A DNA stretch of 64,000 bases from Azolla caroliniana (GCA_043228905.1 JBHGNT010000008.1:16926001-16990000), one strand, 5' to 3'; positions 1 to 11,289 are shown, numbered from the stretch's first letter. A program made the numbers and translations. Notes: a model not told the origin generated them from the sequence alone.

Positions 1-160
1 AAATTAAAAACAGACGGACAAGAAACACAGAGAAAATGAAAACATACCAGTTGGGCATGCAGCACAGAGAATACCTGGAGGTCGTACAAGCTGCACATGG
101 ATTGATGGGTCAAAGGCAGATGGAGCCAAGGTCAAGGCAGAGGTACCACACCTTGGGAGC

Positions 161-840
161 TGTTGGGATTTCGGTCCCTCCGGATGGGATGTCCGGAGAT
201 GAATGACGGAAAGCCCGGTTGCGGTTACGGAGCCGGATGACGAAGACCCTGGCTACGGAGCCGGATGATGAAGACCCCGGTTACGGAGCCGGATGACGAA
301 GACCCCGGCTACGGAGCCGGATGATGAATACCCCGGCTACGGAGCCGGATGCTGAAGACCCCGGTTACGGAGCCGGATGACGAATGTACCCGGAGGGAGA
401 TCCGGATGCGGGGACATATTTGTGAATATGTTTGCCAAGAGCCCTTGAGGCTATATTTGTAAATAGCCCGAAAGTCATATGTGTATAAATATGACTTAGG
501 GCAAACAGTTTATGTTGTTGCTCATTTTTCTGTTAGAGGGAGCGAAGCAAGAGCAGCCGCTTGAGAGAGAAACGAAGAGGTCGACGCCTCTGTGTAATAC
601 CGCCGCCTGTGGCGAGGACAGCGAGCTCAAGGTCGTCGCCTTGCAGCTCGCCATTGTATATTCCAGTGTATAGTGATAGTTGGAGTCGTGCACTCCCGTG
701 GTTTTTCCCGTTTAGGGTTTTCCACGTTATACCCTGTGTATTCGTCTCTCTGTGTCTTTTTCCCATTTTCTGCTGCATTGATCCGTGTTGTCTCGGCTGT
801 GGCCGAGAGGCGAAAGATTTGATAGCGTCAAATCCTCACA
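161..840 (+). repeat. 5' LTR of copia element 1
   Basis: TGTTGGGATT...CCTCACA; direct repeat of 4958-5637 with only 2 substitutions spotted; TATA-like TATAAAT at ~485. Confidence 0.97.
223..390 (+). repeat. 28-bp tandem repeat x6 in U3 (second copy at 5020-5187)
   Basis: Unit GG(T/C)TACGGAGCCGGATGA(C/T)GAAGACCCC repeated six times. Confidence 0.93.
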
Positions 841-843
841 AAG

Positions 844-855
844 TGGTATCAAAGC
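844..855 (+). promoter_or_regulatory. Primer-binding site (tRNA-iMet type)
   Basis: TGGTATCAAAGC 3 nt after the 5' LTR; one mismatch to the canonical TGGTATCAGAGC. Confidence 0.9.
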
Positions 856-870
856 ACGGTAACACAGAAA

Positions 871-3800
871 ATGGAAGGCGGCGGTAGTGGGCCTCCGGGC
901 ATGATGGTGTTGAACTCTCAGAACTACGCCGACTGGAAGATAAAGATGGAAGACCTCCTCATCGTCCGAGACCTGTACGAACCGATCGACAATGCCGAGA
1001 TACCCAAGGGGGTAATAGAGTCGGAGTGGAAGCTCCTGAACCGGAAAGCCGTAGCGACGATCCGGCAATATGTAGATGTAAGTGTTCTGCAACATGTGGC
1101 GAACGACACCAACGCATATGAGATGTGGAAGAAGCTGTCGGGCCTCTACGAGAGGAAGAATGCGTTGAACCGGACCTCCCTGATGAGGAAGATAGTGAAC
1201 CTCAAGTACCGGGACGGCGAGAGTATGGTGGAACACGTAAGCACGTTCATGGGATTCGTGAACCAGCTTGTGGCGATCAAGTTCCCGTTGGAGGATGCAA
1301 TGCAAGCCATCATCCTGATGTGTACATTGCCGGACAGCTGGGAGAACTTGGTGGTGACTCTCAGCACCTCCTGCACCGAAGATAACTTGTCCCTACAAAC
1401 GGTAAAGACAAGTATTTTGAACGAAGAAGCGCGTCGGAGAGATAAGGAACCGGTTTCTGATCAGAAGATGCTGCTTACCGAATCGGATCAGGGAAGACAA
1501 TGGAACCGTAGTCCGCAAAGACGGGAGAAGTCGGGGACCCGGTCGCAGTCAAGAGGAAGGCCAACATGCTTCCACTGTGGGAAGCCGGGGCACTTCCGGA
1601 AGAATTGTCGGCATTACCGAAAGGACAACGGAGCCGACGACACCGATTCGAAGAAGTCACCGGAGAGAAACGGTGCATACCGGGGAGCCACGGACCGGAG
1701 AGGTCCGGATCGGCGAGGGCAGGACCGGAAAGGAACGACGGCACTCGCGGCAAGTGAAGAAGAGATAATGCTTATTACCGAAGAGAGGGAGCTGAACCTT
1801 GCCGGTGTAGAGATGACCTGGGTGGTCGATTCCGGAGCGTCGTTCCACCTGACCCCGGAGAAGAAATACTTCTCATCCTACACAGCCGGTGAGCATGGCT
1901 GTGTCCGGATGGGAAATGAAGGCACATGCCGGATTGCCGGCATAGGAGACGTGTGGCTGTTGACATCAACCGGATGCAAGATGCTGTTGAAGGATGTGCG
2001 ACACGTTCCGGAGGTCCGTTTGAACCTGATCTCGGCCGGGAGGCTAGATGATGAAGGCTACACGGGTAACATCCGGAACGGTGTCATGAAGTTCAGCAAG
2101 GGGAGCCTGATAGTGGCTCGGGCCCGGAAGGTCAACACCCTGTACCTGATGAATTCCCGGCTATGTCCGGAGGAGCTGAACGTGGCAGCCGACACTGCCG
2201 GTGAGCTGTGGCACAAGAGACTGTGCCACATGAGCGAGAAGGGGATGAAGAGGCTTGCAGAAGACAACCTCATTCCAGTGAAGCATGTGCATCTGGAGAA
2301 GTGCACCGATTGCCTGGCCGGTAAGCAGAACCGAACCTCCTTCCACTCAAGGCCACCGACGAGACGTAGCGCACCATTGGAGTTGGTGCACACGGATGTG
2401 TGTCAGGTAGAAACGAAGTCACATGGCGGAGCCCAGTACTTCGTGACTTTCATTGATGATCACAGCCGGAAGCTGTGGACGGCGCCGTTGAAGACAAAGG
2501 ACCAAGTGTTGTCCGCCTTCAAAGAACTCCACGCAAGAGTGGAAAGGGAATCCGGCAAGAAGCTGAAAGCGATACGAGCGGATAACGGAGGGGAATACCG
2601 GGGGCAGTTCCAGGAGTACTGTCGCTCGAAGGGAATCCGGCTCGAGTTTACTGTGCCGAAGACGCCGGAACTGAACGGGCTGGCCGAGAGGATGAACCGG
2701 ACCATAATGGAGAGGGTCCGGAGTATGCTGGCGCATGCGAAATTACCCAAGGGGTTTTGGGCTGAGGCAATGTCGACGGCGACATACGTGATAAACAGAT
2801 CACCCTCAGTACCTTTGGACGGAGACACGCCGCAGAAAGTGTGGACCGGTAAGGAAGTGTCCTACCGGCATCTGAAGGTGTTCGGGTGTCTCGCATACGT
2901 GCATGTGGCAAAGGACCGGAGAGGAAAGCTAGATCCAAAGACCCGGCCATGCATATTCCTCGGTTACGGCGACGACGAGTTCGGCTACCGAGTATGGGAC
3001 CCGGTCGACAAGAAGATATTCAGGAGTCGAGACATCATCTTCATGGAGGACAAGACACTCGCCGACTGGGAGTCGGAGAAGAAGATGAAGAGCTGCTCCA
3101 AGTCGACCGGTGAGGATCAACTCTACGAGGAGCAGTCCCGACCGGCAAGGGACCGGTTAACACTCGAGGATCCGGCCGAAGACTATGAAGAAACAGAACC
3201 GGCCGAAGAAGATGAAAATGATACCGGAACCGGCCCCGATCCCGAAATGGATTCGGATGAAGAAGAATCGGAAGAACCGGTTACCGAAGCTCCGAAACGG
3301 AGATATCCTCTAAGAGAGAGAAGGGCCCCCCGGAGATTTCCGAAACCAGAGCACGTGCTGCTAACCGACGAAGGGGAGCCGGAGAGCTTTGAAGAAGCAA
3401 AGCATGACACCCAGAGCCGCAGGTGGTTGAGTGCCATGCAGGACGAGATGGATTCCCTGCATGAGAACCACACATATAAACTTGTGGAGTTGCCGAAAGG
3501 AAAGCGGGCACTTCGAAACAAGTGGGTGTTCAAGCTGAAACCGGGAGATGCCGGAAACCCCCCGAGATACAAAGCCAGGATCGTGGTGAAGGGGTTTCAG
3601 CAGAAGAAGGGCGTCGACTTCGACGAGATATTCGCCCCGGTAGTGAAGATGACCTCCATCCGGACGGTGCTGAGCATAGCGGCAAGCATGGACCTCGAGG
3701 TAGAACAGATGGACGTGAAGACGGCATTCCTTCACGGTGACCTCGAAGAAGAGATCTACATGCAGCAACCGGAAGGATTCGAGAAGAAAGGGAAGGAGCA

Positions 3801-4947
3801 CCTGGTATGCCGGTTGAAGAAGAGCCTTTACGGACTGAAGCAGGCTCCCCGGCAATGGTACCGGAAGTTCGACTCCTTCATGACCGACGAAGGGTACCAC
3901 AAAACGCAGTCTGATCACTGCGTGTTTGTGAAGAAGTTCGAAGGAGGAGACTCTCTAATACTCCTCCTATACGTGGACGACATGTTGATCGTCGGACGGG
4001 ACCAGGTCAAGATACGGATGCTGAAGAAAGCACTTCACCGAACCTTCTCCATGAAGGACCTGGGTCCGGCGAGGCAAATACTAGGGATGCACATCATCCG
4101 GGACCGGAAGAAGAAGCAGTTGTGGCTGTCACAGGAGAAGTACGTGACAAAGGTGCTTCACCGGTTCAACATGTCGGAAGCAAGACCGGTCGGGTCAACC
4201 CTCCCGGGAAACTGCAAGTTGTCTAGCAAGCAAAGCCCCAAGACAAAGGCTGAGAAGGAGGATATGATGAAAGTACCATATGCCTCTGCCGTCGGAAGCT
4301 TAATGTACGCAATGGTGTGTACAAGACCGGACATAGGATATGCAGTTGGAGTGGTGAGCCGGTACATGAGCAATCCCGGCAAAGAGCACTGGAACGCGGT
4401 CAAGTGGATACTCCGATACCTGAAGGGCACGGCAAACGTGTGCCTCCGATTCGGCTCCGGTAAGCCCGAATTCGACGGCTTTACCGATTCGGATATGTCG
4501 GCTGATGCAGATACCAGCCGGTCCACATCAGGGTATGTAATGACGTATGCAGGTGGAGCTGTTTCGTGGCAGTCGAGACTGCAGAAGACGGTTGCGTTGT
4601 CAACCACGGAGGCGGAGTACATGGCGGCTGTTGAAGCCGGCAAGGAAATAATATGGATGAAGGACTTCATTAGAGAGCTCGGTATCCGGCAGGAGGAGTA
4701 CCGACTCTACTGCGACAGTCAGAGTGCCATCCACCTTGCGAAGAACGCGGCCTATCACTCCCGGACGAAGCACATCCAGCGAAGATATCACTGGATCCGG
4801 GAAAGGATAGAAGACCAGGAGTTCGTGCTGACGAAGATCCACACGGACGAGAACGGCTCAGATATGCTGACCAAAGTGCTCACACCCGACAAGCTGGAAG
4901 CATGCCGGAAGAGGATCGGATTGGAGAGACATCCCATGCCGAAGTGA
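871..4947 (+). CDS. Copia Gag-Pol polyprotein (Gag, CCHC knuckle, aspartic protease, integrase, RT, RNase H), 1358 aa
   Basis: CFHCGKPGHFRKNC; WVVDSGASFH; LWHKRLCH; integrase HTDV / RADNGGEY / NGLAERMNR; RT QMDVKTAFLHG and LLYVDDML; RNase H FTDSD / STTEAEY / LYCDSQSA / SDMLTK; no stops or frameshifts. Confidence 0.97.
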   Translation: MEGGGSGPPGMMVLNSQNYADWKIKMEDLLIVRDLYEPIDNAEIPKGVIESEWKLLNRKAVATIRQYVDVSVLQHVANDTNAYEMWKKLSGLYERKNALNRTSLMRKIVNLKYRDGESMVEHVSTFMGFVNQLVAIKFPLEDAMQAIILMCTLPDSWENLVVTLSTSCTEDNLSLQTVKTSILNEEARRRDKEPVSDQKMLLTESDQGRQWNRSPQRREKSGTRSQSRGRPTCFHCGKPGHFRKNCRHYRKDNGADDTDSKKSPERNGAYRGATDRRGPDRRGQDRKGTTALAASEEEIMLITEERELNLAGVEMTWVVDSGASFHLTPEKKYFSSYTAGEHGCVRMGNEGTCRIAGIGDVWLLTSTGCKMLLKDVRHVPEVRLNLISAGRLDDEGYTGNIRNGVMKFSKGSLIVARARKVNTLYLMNSRLCPEELNVAADTAGELWHKRLCHMSEKGMKRLAEDNLIPVKHVHLEKCTDCLAGKQNRTSFHSRPPTRRSAPLELVHTDVCQVETKSHGGAQYFVTFIDDHSRKLWTAPLKTKDQVLSAFKELHARVERESGKKLKAIRADNGGEYRGQFQEYCRSKGIRLEFTVPKTPELNGLAERMNRTIMERVRSMLAHAKLPKGFWAEAMSTATYVINRSPSVPLDGDTPQKVWTGKEVSYRHLKVFGCLAYVHVAKDRRGKLDPKTRPCIFLGYGDDEFGYRVWDPVDKKIFRSRDIIFMEDKTLADWESEKKMKSCSKSTGEDQLYEEQSRPARDRLTLEDPAEDYEETEPAEEDENDTGTGPDPEMDSDEEESEEPVTEAPKRRYPLRERRAPRRFPKPEHVLLTDEGEPESFEEAKHDTQSRRWLSAMQDEMDSLHENHTYKLVELPKGKRALRNKWVFKLKPGDAGNPPRYKARIVVKGFQQKKGVDFDEIFAPVVKMTSIRTVLSIAASMDLEVEQMDVKTAFLHGDLEEEIYMQQPEGFEKKGKEHLVCRLKKSLYGLKQAPRQWYRKFDSFMTDEGYHKTQSDHCVFVKKFEGGDSLILLLYVDDMLIVGRDQVKIRMLKKALHRTFSMKDLGPARQILGMHIIRDRKKKQLWLSQEKYVTKVLHRFNMSEARPVGSTLPGNCKLSSKQSPKTKAEKEDMMKVPYASAVGSLMYAMVCTRPDIGYAVGVVSRYMSNPGKEHWNAVKWILRYLKGTANVCLRFGSGKPEFDGFTDSDMSADADTSRSTSGYVMTYAGGAVSWQSRLQKTVALSTTEAEYMAAVEAGKEIIWMKDFIRELGIRQEEYRLYCDSQSAIHLAKNAAYHSRTKHIQRRYHWIRERIEDQEFVLTKIHTDENGSDMLTKVLTPDKLEACRKRIGLERHPMPK

Positions 4948-4955
4948 AGGGGGAG
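4946..4955 (+). promoter_or_regulatory. Polypurine tract
   Basis: GAAGGGGGAG immediately before the 3' LTR. Confidence 0.9.
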
Positions 4956-4957
4956 TT

Positions 4958-5637
4958 TGTTGGGATTTCGGTCCCTCCGGATGGGATGTCCGGAGATGAA
5001 TGACGGAAAGCCCGGTTGCGGTTACGGAGCCGGATGACGAAGACCCTGGCTACGGAGCCGGATGATGAAGACCCCGGTTACGGAGCCGGATGACGAAGAC
5101 CCCGGCTACGGAGCCGGATGATGAATACCCCGGCTACGGAGCCGGATGCTGAAGACCCCGGTTACGGAGCCGGATGACGAATGTACCCGGAGGGAGATCC
5201 GGATGCGGGGACATATTTGTGAATATGTTTGCCAAGAGCCCTTGAGGCTATATTTGTAAATAGCCCGAAAGTCATATGTGTATAAATATGACTTAGGGCA
5301 AACAGTTTATGTTGTTGCTCATTTTTCTGTTAGAGGGAGCGAAGCGAGAGCAGCCGCTTGAGAGAGAAACGAAGAGGTCGACGCCTCTGTGTAATACCGC
5401 CGCCTGTGGCGAGGACAGCGAGCTCAAGGTCGTCGCCTTGCAGCTCGCCATTGTATATTCCAGTGTATAGTGATAGTTGGAGTCGTGCACTCCCGTGGTT
5501 TTTCCCGTTTAGGGTTTTCCACGTTATACCCTGTGTATTCGTCTCTCTGTGTCTTTTTCCCATTTTCTGCTGCATTGATCTGTGTTGTCTCGGCTGTGGC
5601 CGAGAGGCGAAAGATTTGATAGCGTCAAATCCTCACA
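4958..5637 (+). repeat. 3' LTR of copia element 1
   Basis: Direct repeat of 161-840, followed by TSD GGAGC. Confidence 0.97.
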
Positions 5638-6279
5638 GGAGCACACCAAGCCTTCAAAATCACCTATATGCAAGAGGTTGTTGATGAGGATGTTGTAGAG
5701 GAGACAAACGAGCATACACAAGGAAAGAAAATCAACAACAAGAACATCAATCCGGGGAAACAGAAATCTCTGCATATACAGAGAGAGAGAGAGATTGAAC
5801 CTGGCACAGAGGGGAACACAACAAAAACTACGCGGGGAAACAGAGAATCGAAGGTGGAGTGAGAGAGAGAAACAGAGATTCGAAGGTGGAGTGAGAGAGA
5901 GAAAGAGAGAGATAGGTAATAGATATGTGTCGTCTTTCTAACTTTCTGCCACTATTTGTCTGACAACTTCGAGACAGAAGAGAGAGAGAGAGACTGAGAC
6001 TGACCAACTATCACATTCGAAACCTTCTCTAGGTGTGCTTTCATACAACTCTACCTAGGAGAATGAAGTTACAATTAATGTATTAAATACGGCCTTGGGA
6101 CATTTCAAGTGTGACGTATAATATCTTTGTACATTCGAGTGTGACGTAATGAATTTGTTATTTGAAATTGAACACCATTCAATAGATGATAATTGTTTTA
6201 TTTTCAATTTTTAATGTTTATTTTCTTCCTTGATTTAGTACTAAATTTTTGGCCAAAAGTTGGTACACCGCAGCATGCT

Positions 6280-9154
6280 TCGACCCGTGTAGGAATGTCG
6301 TGTTGACATCCAGTTGCTCTACCTCGAGGTCCATGCTTGCCGCTATGCCCAAGACCGTCCGGATGGATGTCATCTTTACTACCGGGGCAAAGATCTCATC
6401 AAAGTCCACTCCTTTCTTTTGCTGGAAGCCCTTCACCACGATTCAGGCCTTCTACCTTGGCGGATTTACGGCATCTCCCGGTTTTAGCTTGTACACCCAC
6501 TTGTTCTGGAGTGCCCTCTTTCCTTTCGGAACCTCCACCAATTCATATGTGTGATTCTCATGCAAGGAATCCATCTCATCCTGCATGGCACTCAACCACT
6601 TGCGGTTGTGGGTGTCTCCCCTTGCTTCTTCAAAGCTTTTCAGCTCCCCCTCATCGGTTAGCAACACATGCTCTGCATCCGGAAATCTTCGGGGGGCTCT
6701 TCTCTCCCGGAGAGGATATCTCCGTCCTTGGTTTTTGACTACCGGTTCCTTCGTTTGTTCCAAATCCGAATTCGATTCGGGATCTTATCCAGTTCCGGTG
6801 TCTTCTTCTTCTTCTTCTTCTTCTTCTTCTTCGGTCGGTTCAATTTCCTGTCTGTATCCGGCCGGTTCATCGAGTGTCATCCGGTTACCGGCTATCGGCT
6901 AACATCCGGTTTTCAACCGGGTATATCCTTTTGTACTCAAGCCAGTTTTCAATGGATGATCCAGAGTTTGTTACCTTCTTCTCCGACTCCCAGTCGGCAA
7001 TGGTCCTGTCTTCCATGAAGACTATGTCCCGACTCCGGAACACCTTTTTGTTGACCAGATCCCACACTCGGTAACCAAACTCATCATCATCATATCCAAG
7101 GAATATGCATGGCCGGGACTTCGGATCCAACTTTGCTCTCTTGTCCTTCACCACATGCACCTATGCGAGACACCCGAACATCTTCAAATGCCGGTAAGAC
7201 ACATCCTTACCGGTCCATACTTTCTGTGGTGAGTCTCCATCCAAGGGTACTGAGGGTGATCTGTTTATCACATAGGTCGTCGTCGTCAACGCCTCAGCCC
7301 AAAACGTATTGGGTAACTTGGCATGTCCGAGCATGCTCCAGACTCTCTCCATTATGGTCCGGTTCATCCTTTCGGCCAGCCCGTTTAGTTTCGGCGTCTT
7401 CGGCACGGTGAATTCGAGCCCAATTCCCTTCGACCGGAAGTACTCCTCGAACTACCCCCGGTATTCTCCTCCGTTGTCCGCTCAAACCGCATTCAGCTTC
7501 CGGTCGGTTTCTCTTTCCATTCTCGCGTGGGGCTCCTTGAAGATGGATAACACTCGGTCCTTCGTCTTCAACGGTGAGACCCACAGCTTTCGTCTGTGCT
7601 CGTCTATGAACATCACGAAGTACTGCGATCTAGCATGTGACTTCGTGTCGACTTGACACACATCGGTATGCACCAGCTCCAGTGGTGCATTCCGTCTCAT
7701 CGGTGGTCTTGACCGGAAGGAGGTGCGGTTTTGCTTGCCGGCCAGGTAGTTGGTGCACTTCTCGAGTTGCACATCCTTCACCGGAATGAGGTTGTCTTCG
7801 GCAAGCCTCTTCATCCCCTTCTCACTCATGTGACACAACCTTTTGTGCCACAGCTCACCGGTAGTGTCGGATGCTACGTTCACTTCTTCCCGGCATATTC
7901 GGGCATGCATCAAGTACAATGTGTTGACCTTCCGGGCTCGAGCCACTATTAAGCTCCCTTTGCAAAACTTCATGACACCGTTCCAGATGCTACTTGTGTA
8001 GCCTTCATCATCTAGCCTACCGGCTGATATCAGGTTCAATCGAACCTCCGGACCGTGTCGGACATCCTTCAACAGCAACTTGCATCCGGTTGATGTTGTC
8101 AACAACACATCTCCTATGCCGATAATTCGGCATGTCCCTTCATTCCCCATCCAGACACAGCCGTGCTCACCGGTTGTGTAGGATGAGAAACATTTCCGGT
8201 TTGGGGTATGGTGGAATGACGCTCCGGAATCGACAATCCACGTTGTCTCATCGACGGCAAGGTTCAACTCACTCTCCTCGGTGATAAGCATTAGTTCTTC
8301 TTCACTTGCCGCCATTATCGTCATTCCCTTTCGGTCTGGACCTCGCCGATGCAAACCATTTCGGTCCAGTGACTTCTTCAGATCGGTACTGTCGGTTCCC
8401 TTGTACTTCCAAAAATGCTGACAGTTCTTCTGGAAGTGCAGCGGCTTGCCGCCATAAAAGCAAGTGGGCCTCCCCCTTAACTTTGACCGTGTCCCCGACT
8501 TTTCCCGGTTCTTGGAACTCCGATTCCTTTGTCTTCCGCGTTCCCATTCGGTAAGGAGGGCTTTGGCGTCGGAGATCACCTCCTTGTCTTTCCGACGCGC
8601 CTCCTCATCTAGCAAGCTCGACTTGACTCTTGCTAGGGATAGTTGTTTTCCTTTCGGCCCGGCGTTGTCCAACATGACAACTAATGTCTCCCAACTATCC
8701 GGGAGGGAATCGAGCAAGAGTAGAGCAAGTACCTCATCGGCGAGAGGTACTTCCAACGAGGTTTCTTGGTGTATCAACCCTTGGAAGGCATTCATGTGCT
8801 CTGCCATATTGGAGCCGTCTTGGTACCGGAGCCTCACTAGCTTCTGAAATACCGAAACCCGATTAACGGCATTCTTGTTCTAGAACATGATGTTGATCTT
8901 CTCCCAAAGTTCATGAGCCTTGCTCTCTTCTTGAAGTTGTTGTACAAGCTCATGTCGATGAAGCATCGGATGTATGTCGTCGTCTTCATGTGCATCACCT
9001 CCCACACCGTGGCGTCGATCTTATCCGGTCACTTGTCCCCGAACTGAACCGGCAACCAAAGATCTTTAACCACCAGCATGTCCCTCATCTTCGAGTTCCA
9101 CATTGAGTAGTTGGAGCCAGTGAGCTCGAACATGCCGCCGAAAGATTCTTCCAT
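6280..9154 (-). pseudogene. Copia gag-pol pseudogene (Gag to partial RT)
   Basis: Starts MEESFGGMFELTGSNYSMW; fragments WIVDSGASFH, NGLAERMNRTIME, KLDPKSRPCIFLGY, QLDVNTTFLHG in different frames with stops. Confidence 0.93.
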
Positions 9155-9471
9155 TTTTTGTGTTGTTCACTCTGATACCAGATTGACGGGAAATATGTGG
9201 AATATTTACTCGGCCACAACTGAGTCTCAGATCATGTCGTTTCGAATCGAAACACCGAGAATGGGAATAGAGGTGAATACACGTACACACAGACAATATG
9301 AGAGAGGGTACACAGTATGTTTACGTGGAAAACCCTAAATGGGAAAAACCACAGGAGTCCACAAACTCCAACTATCACTATGTTTGGAGGAATACAACAG
9401 GTGAACATAGAGGTAACAACCTCTTGCTCACAATCCTTGCCTGGCGGCAGTTACAACTGAGACTGGCTCTG

Positions 9472-9530
<59 letters not shown>

Positions 9531-9826
9531 GTACAATAGTTACACTCAATAGCTCTATACAACAAATAATTTCAACACCCTTAGGTGTTTGCCCTAGGTC
9601 ATATTTATACTAATATGACTTTCGGGCTATTTACAAATATAGCCCGAGTGGGCTCTTTGGAACATATTTACATATATGACCCTTCATCCAGTGAGGGGTA
9701 CTCACCAAGCCTGCATCATCCGGTTATCACCGGGTCTTCCGTTGTCGGGTATTTATCATCCAATTCTCACCAGGTCTTCCGTTGCGGGGTACTCATATCC
9801 GATCCGGCGGGACCGAAATCCTAACA
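6280..9826 (-). mobile_element. 3'-truncated, decayed copia element related to element 1
   Basis: LTR 9184-9826 starts TGTTAGGATTTCGGTCCC (element 1: TGTTGGGATTTCGGTCCC); PBS TGGTATCAGAG at 9180-9170; coding region breaks off inside RT at ~6280. Confidence 0.92.
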
Positions 9827-10715
9827 ATAAGTGCCAACGATAATGCCACATACCACCTTGCGGAGCTAGATGGATCCAGGTTGGCCATACCCATTGCGGG
9901 AAAAGAGTAAAGATTTTCAAGAAAAGACAAGACGAGGATCCTGACCTCGATCACCTCGACGATGAAGATAGTAGGATGTAGCATACAAACTTGAGATATG
10001 TACATGAGGACGTGGAGGAATCTAATTTATCACCATAGCCGAAATCTCACACTCTCTCTTATTGGCACGTACCGGAGGACGTGCGGTTTGGTGGGGGTAG
10101 ATGTCGTGAAGATTTTCGGCAACGGTGTGAAAATTGCATGGAATGTACAAAATCGAGAGTGTGGTTCTTCACACACAATATGAAACAATAATAATGAAGA
10201 TATTATTTTATATCTTGATACGAAAAGATGGATGTCTTCAAGACCTTCCTAATCCATTTTACTACATGTGAAATGGACAACTTAGTGTCAAGTTATGTGA
10301 GTGTGAAGTTGGAGAAGAAGAAGAGAAAAACAAAAACTGTGAGATATCCCACATAGATAGGACAAATCAGGATCCCATAATATATAAACAAAGCTAGAAC
10401 TTACTACTTTTTGTCGATGAGTGGAACATAAAATGTTCTTGGCTAAACTATGGCTTAACTACTCGTAATGTTTTTGGCGGAGCCGGAATCGGACCGCGAT
10501 GGAGCCGAAACCGACACCAGCACCGGATGGCAACGGAACCGAAATTGGAACGGACGGACGGCGACGGAACCGAAACCGGAACGGATAGACCGGATCACCG
10601 GGTCGGAAGCGGACCTGATAGACAGATGGATCAGAAAGGTTGATCGCGACGATTTCGGTGTGAAACGAACAAAATCATCTAGACTAAAAAAACCTATTAG
10701 AAATTTGTAATCAAA

Positions 10716-10790
10716 GGGATGCAAGCAAGGCTTGAACCTTGCACCTCCAAGATAGGAGGCAATGAACTTACCACTAAACCAAGACATGTC
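10716..10790 (-). other. tRNA-derived (SINE-head-like) Pol III A/B-box module
   Basis: A box TGGTTTAGTGG (10781-10771), B box GGTTCAAGCC (10738-10729), 43 nt apart; stems GCAAGG/CCTTGC and GCCTCC/GGAGGT; no good acceptor stem. Confidence 0.6.
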
Positions 10791-11289
10791 TTTAGAAAAG
10801 TTTTTACTCTCATTATACTCTCACATGTAAACTTTCATGTTAAAGCTCGATTGAGTGACATGGTTATCATGCATCACATGTAATACATGAGCGCCAAGTG
10901 GCAAACATGCATCTCATACATGTCTTGCACCATCATATGCAGGGGGGCATCTATAAAAGAGTGGATGGATAGGAAAAACGGGCTAGGTATTAATCAAGCA
11001 AGCTTTGTACTTGATATCAAATTTAATATTAGGAAGAAAATTCGTTATCCTTTTGATGATATATCTTGTTCTTCAAATCTAAAGTCAAGAGTTCAATCTT
11101 AATCTCTATTTCTATTTCAATCGTTCTGAATTTGTTTCAAAATTGGAATCTTAATCTTAATCTCTCTCTCTCTCTCAATCTATCTTAAATCCTTTCTCGC
11201 TAAAGCGAGTGCGTACTTCGAGTCCTTCCGGTTCAGAAACTTGGCGGTTTCGCCTCACGATCCGCACATAGTGACGAATCTTCACCACA

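Larger units (their letters stand above)
161..5637 (+). mobile_element. Full-length Ty1/copia LTR retrotransposon (Tnt1/Tork-like), apparently intact
   Basis: Two 680-bp TG...CA LTRs (161-840, 4958-5637); 5-bp TSD GGAGC at 156-160 and 5638-5642; PBS, PPT and an uninterrupted gag-pol ORF in copia domain order. Confidence 0.97.

Noticed and set aside
496-4842. Many short antisense and overlapping ORFs in copia element 1
   Set aside because: Expected shadows of a GC-rich long ORF and LTR; no recognisable motifs.
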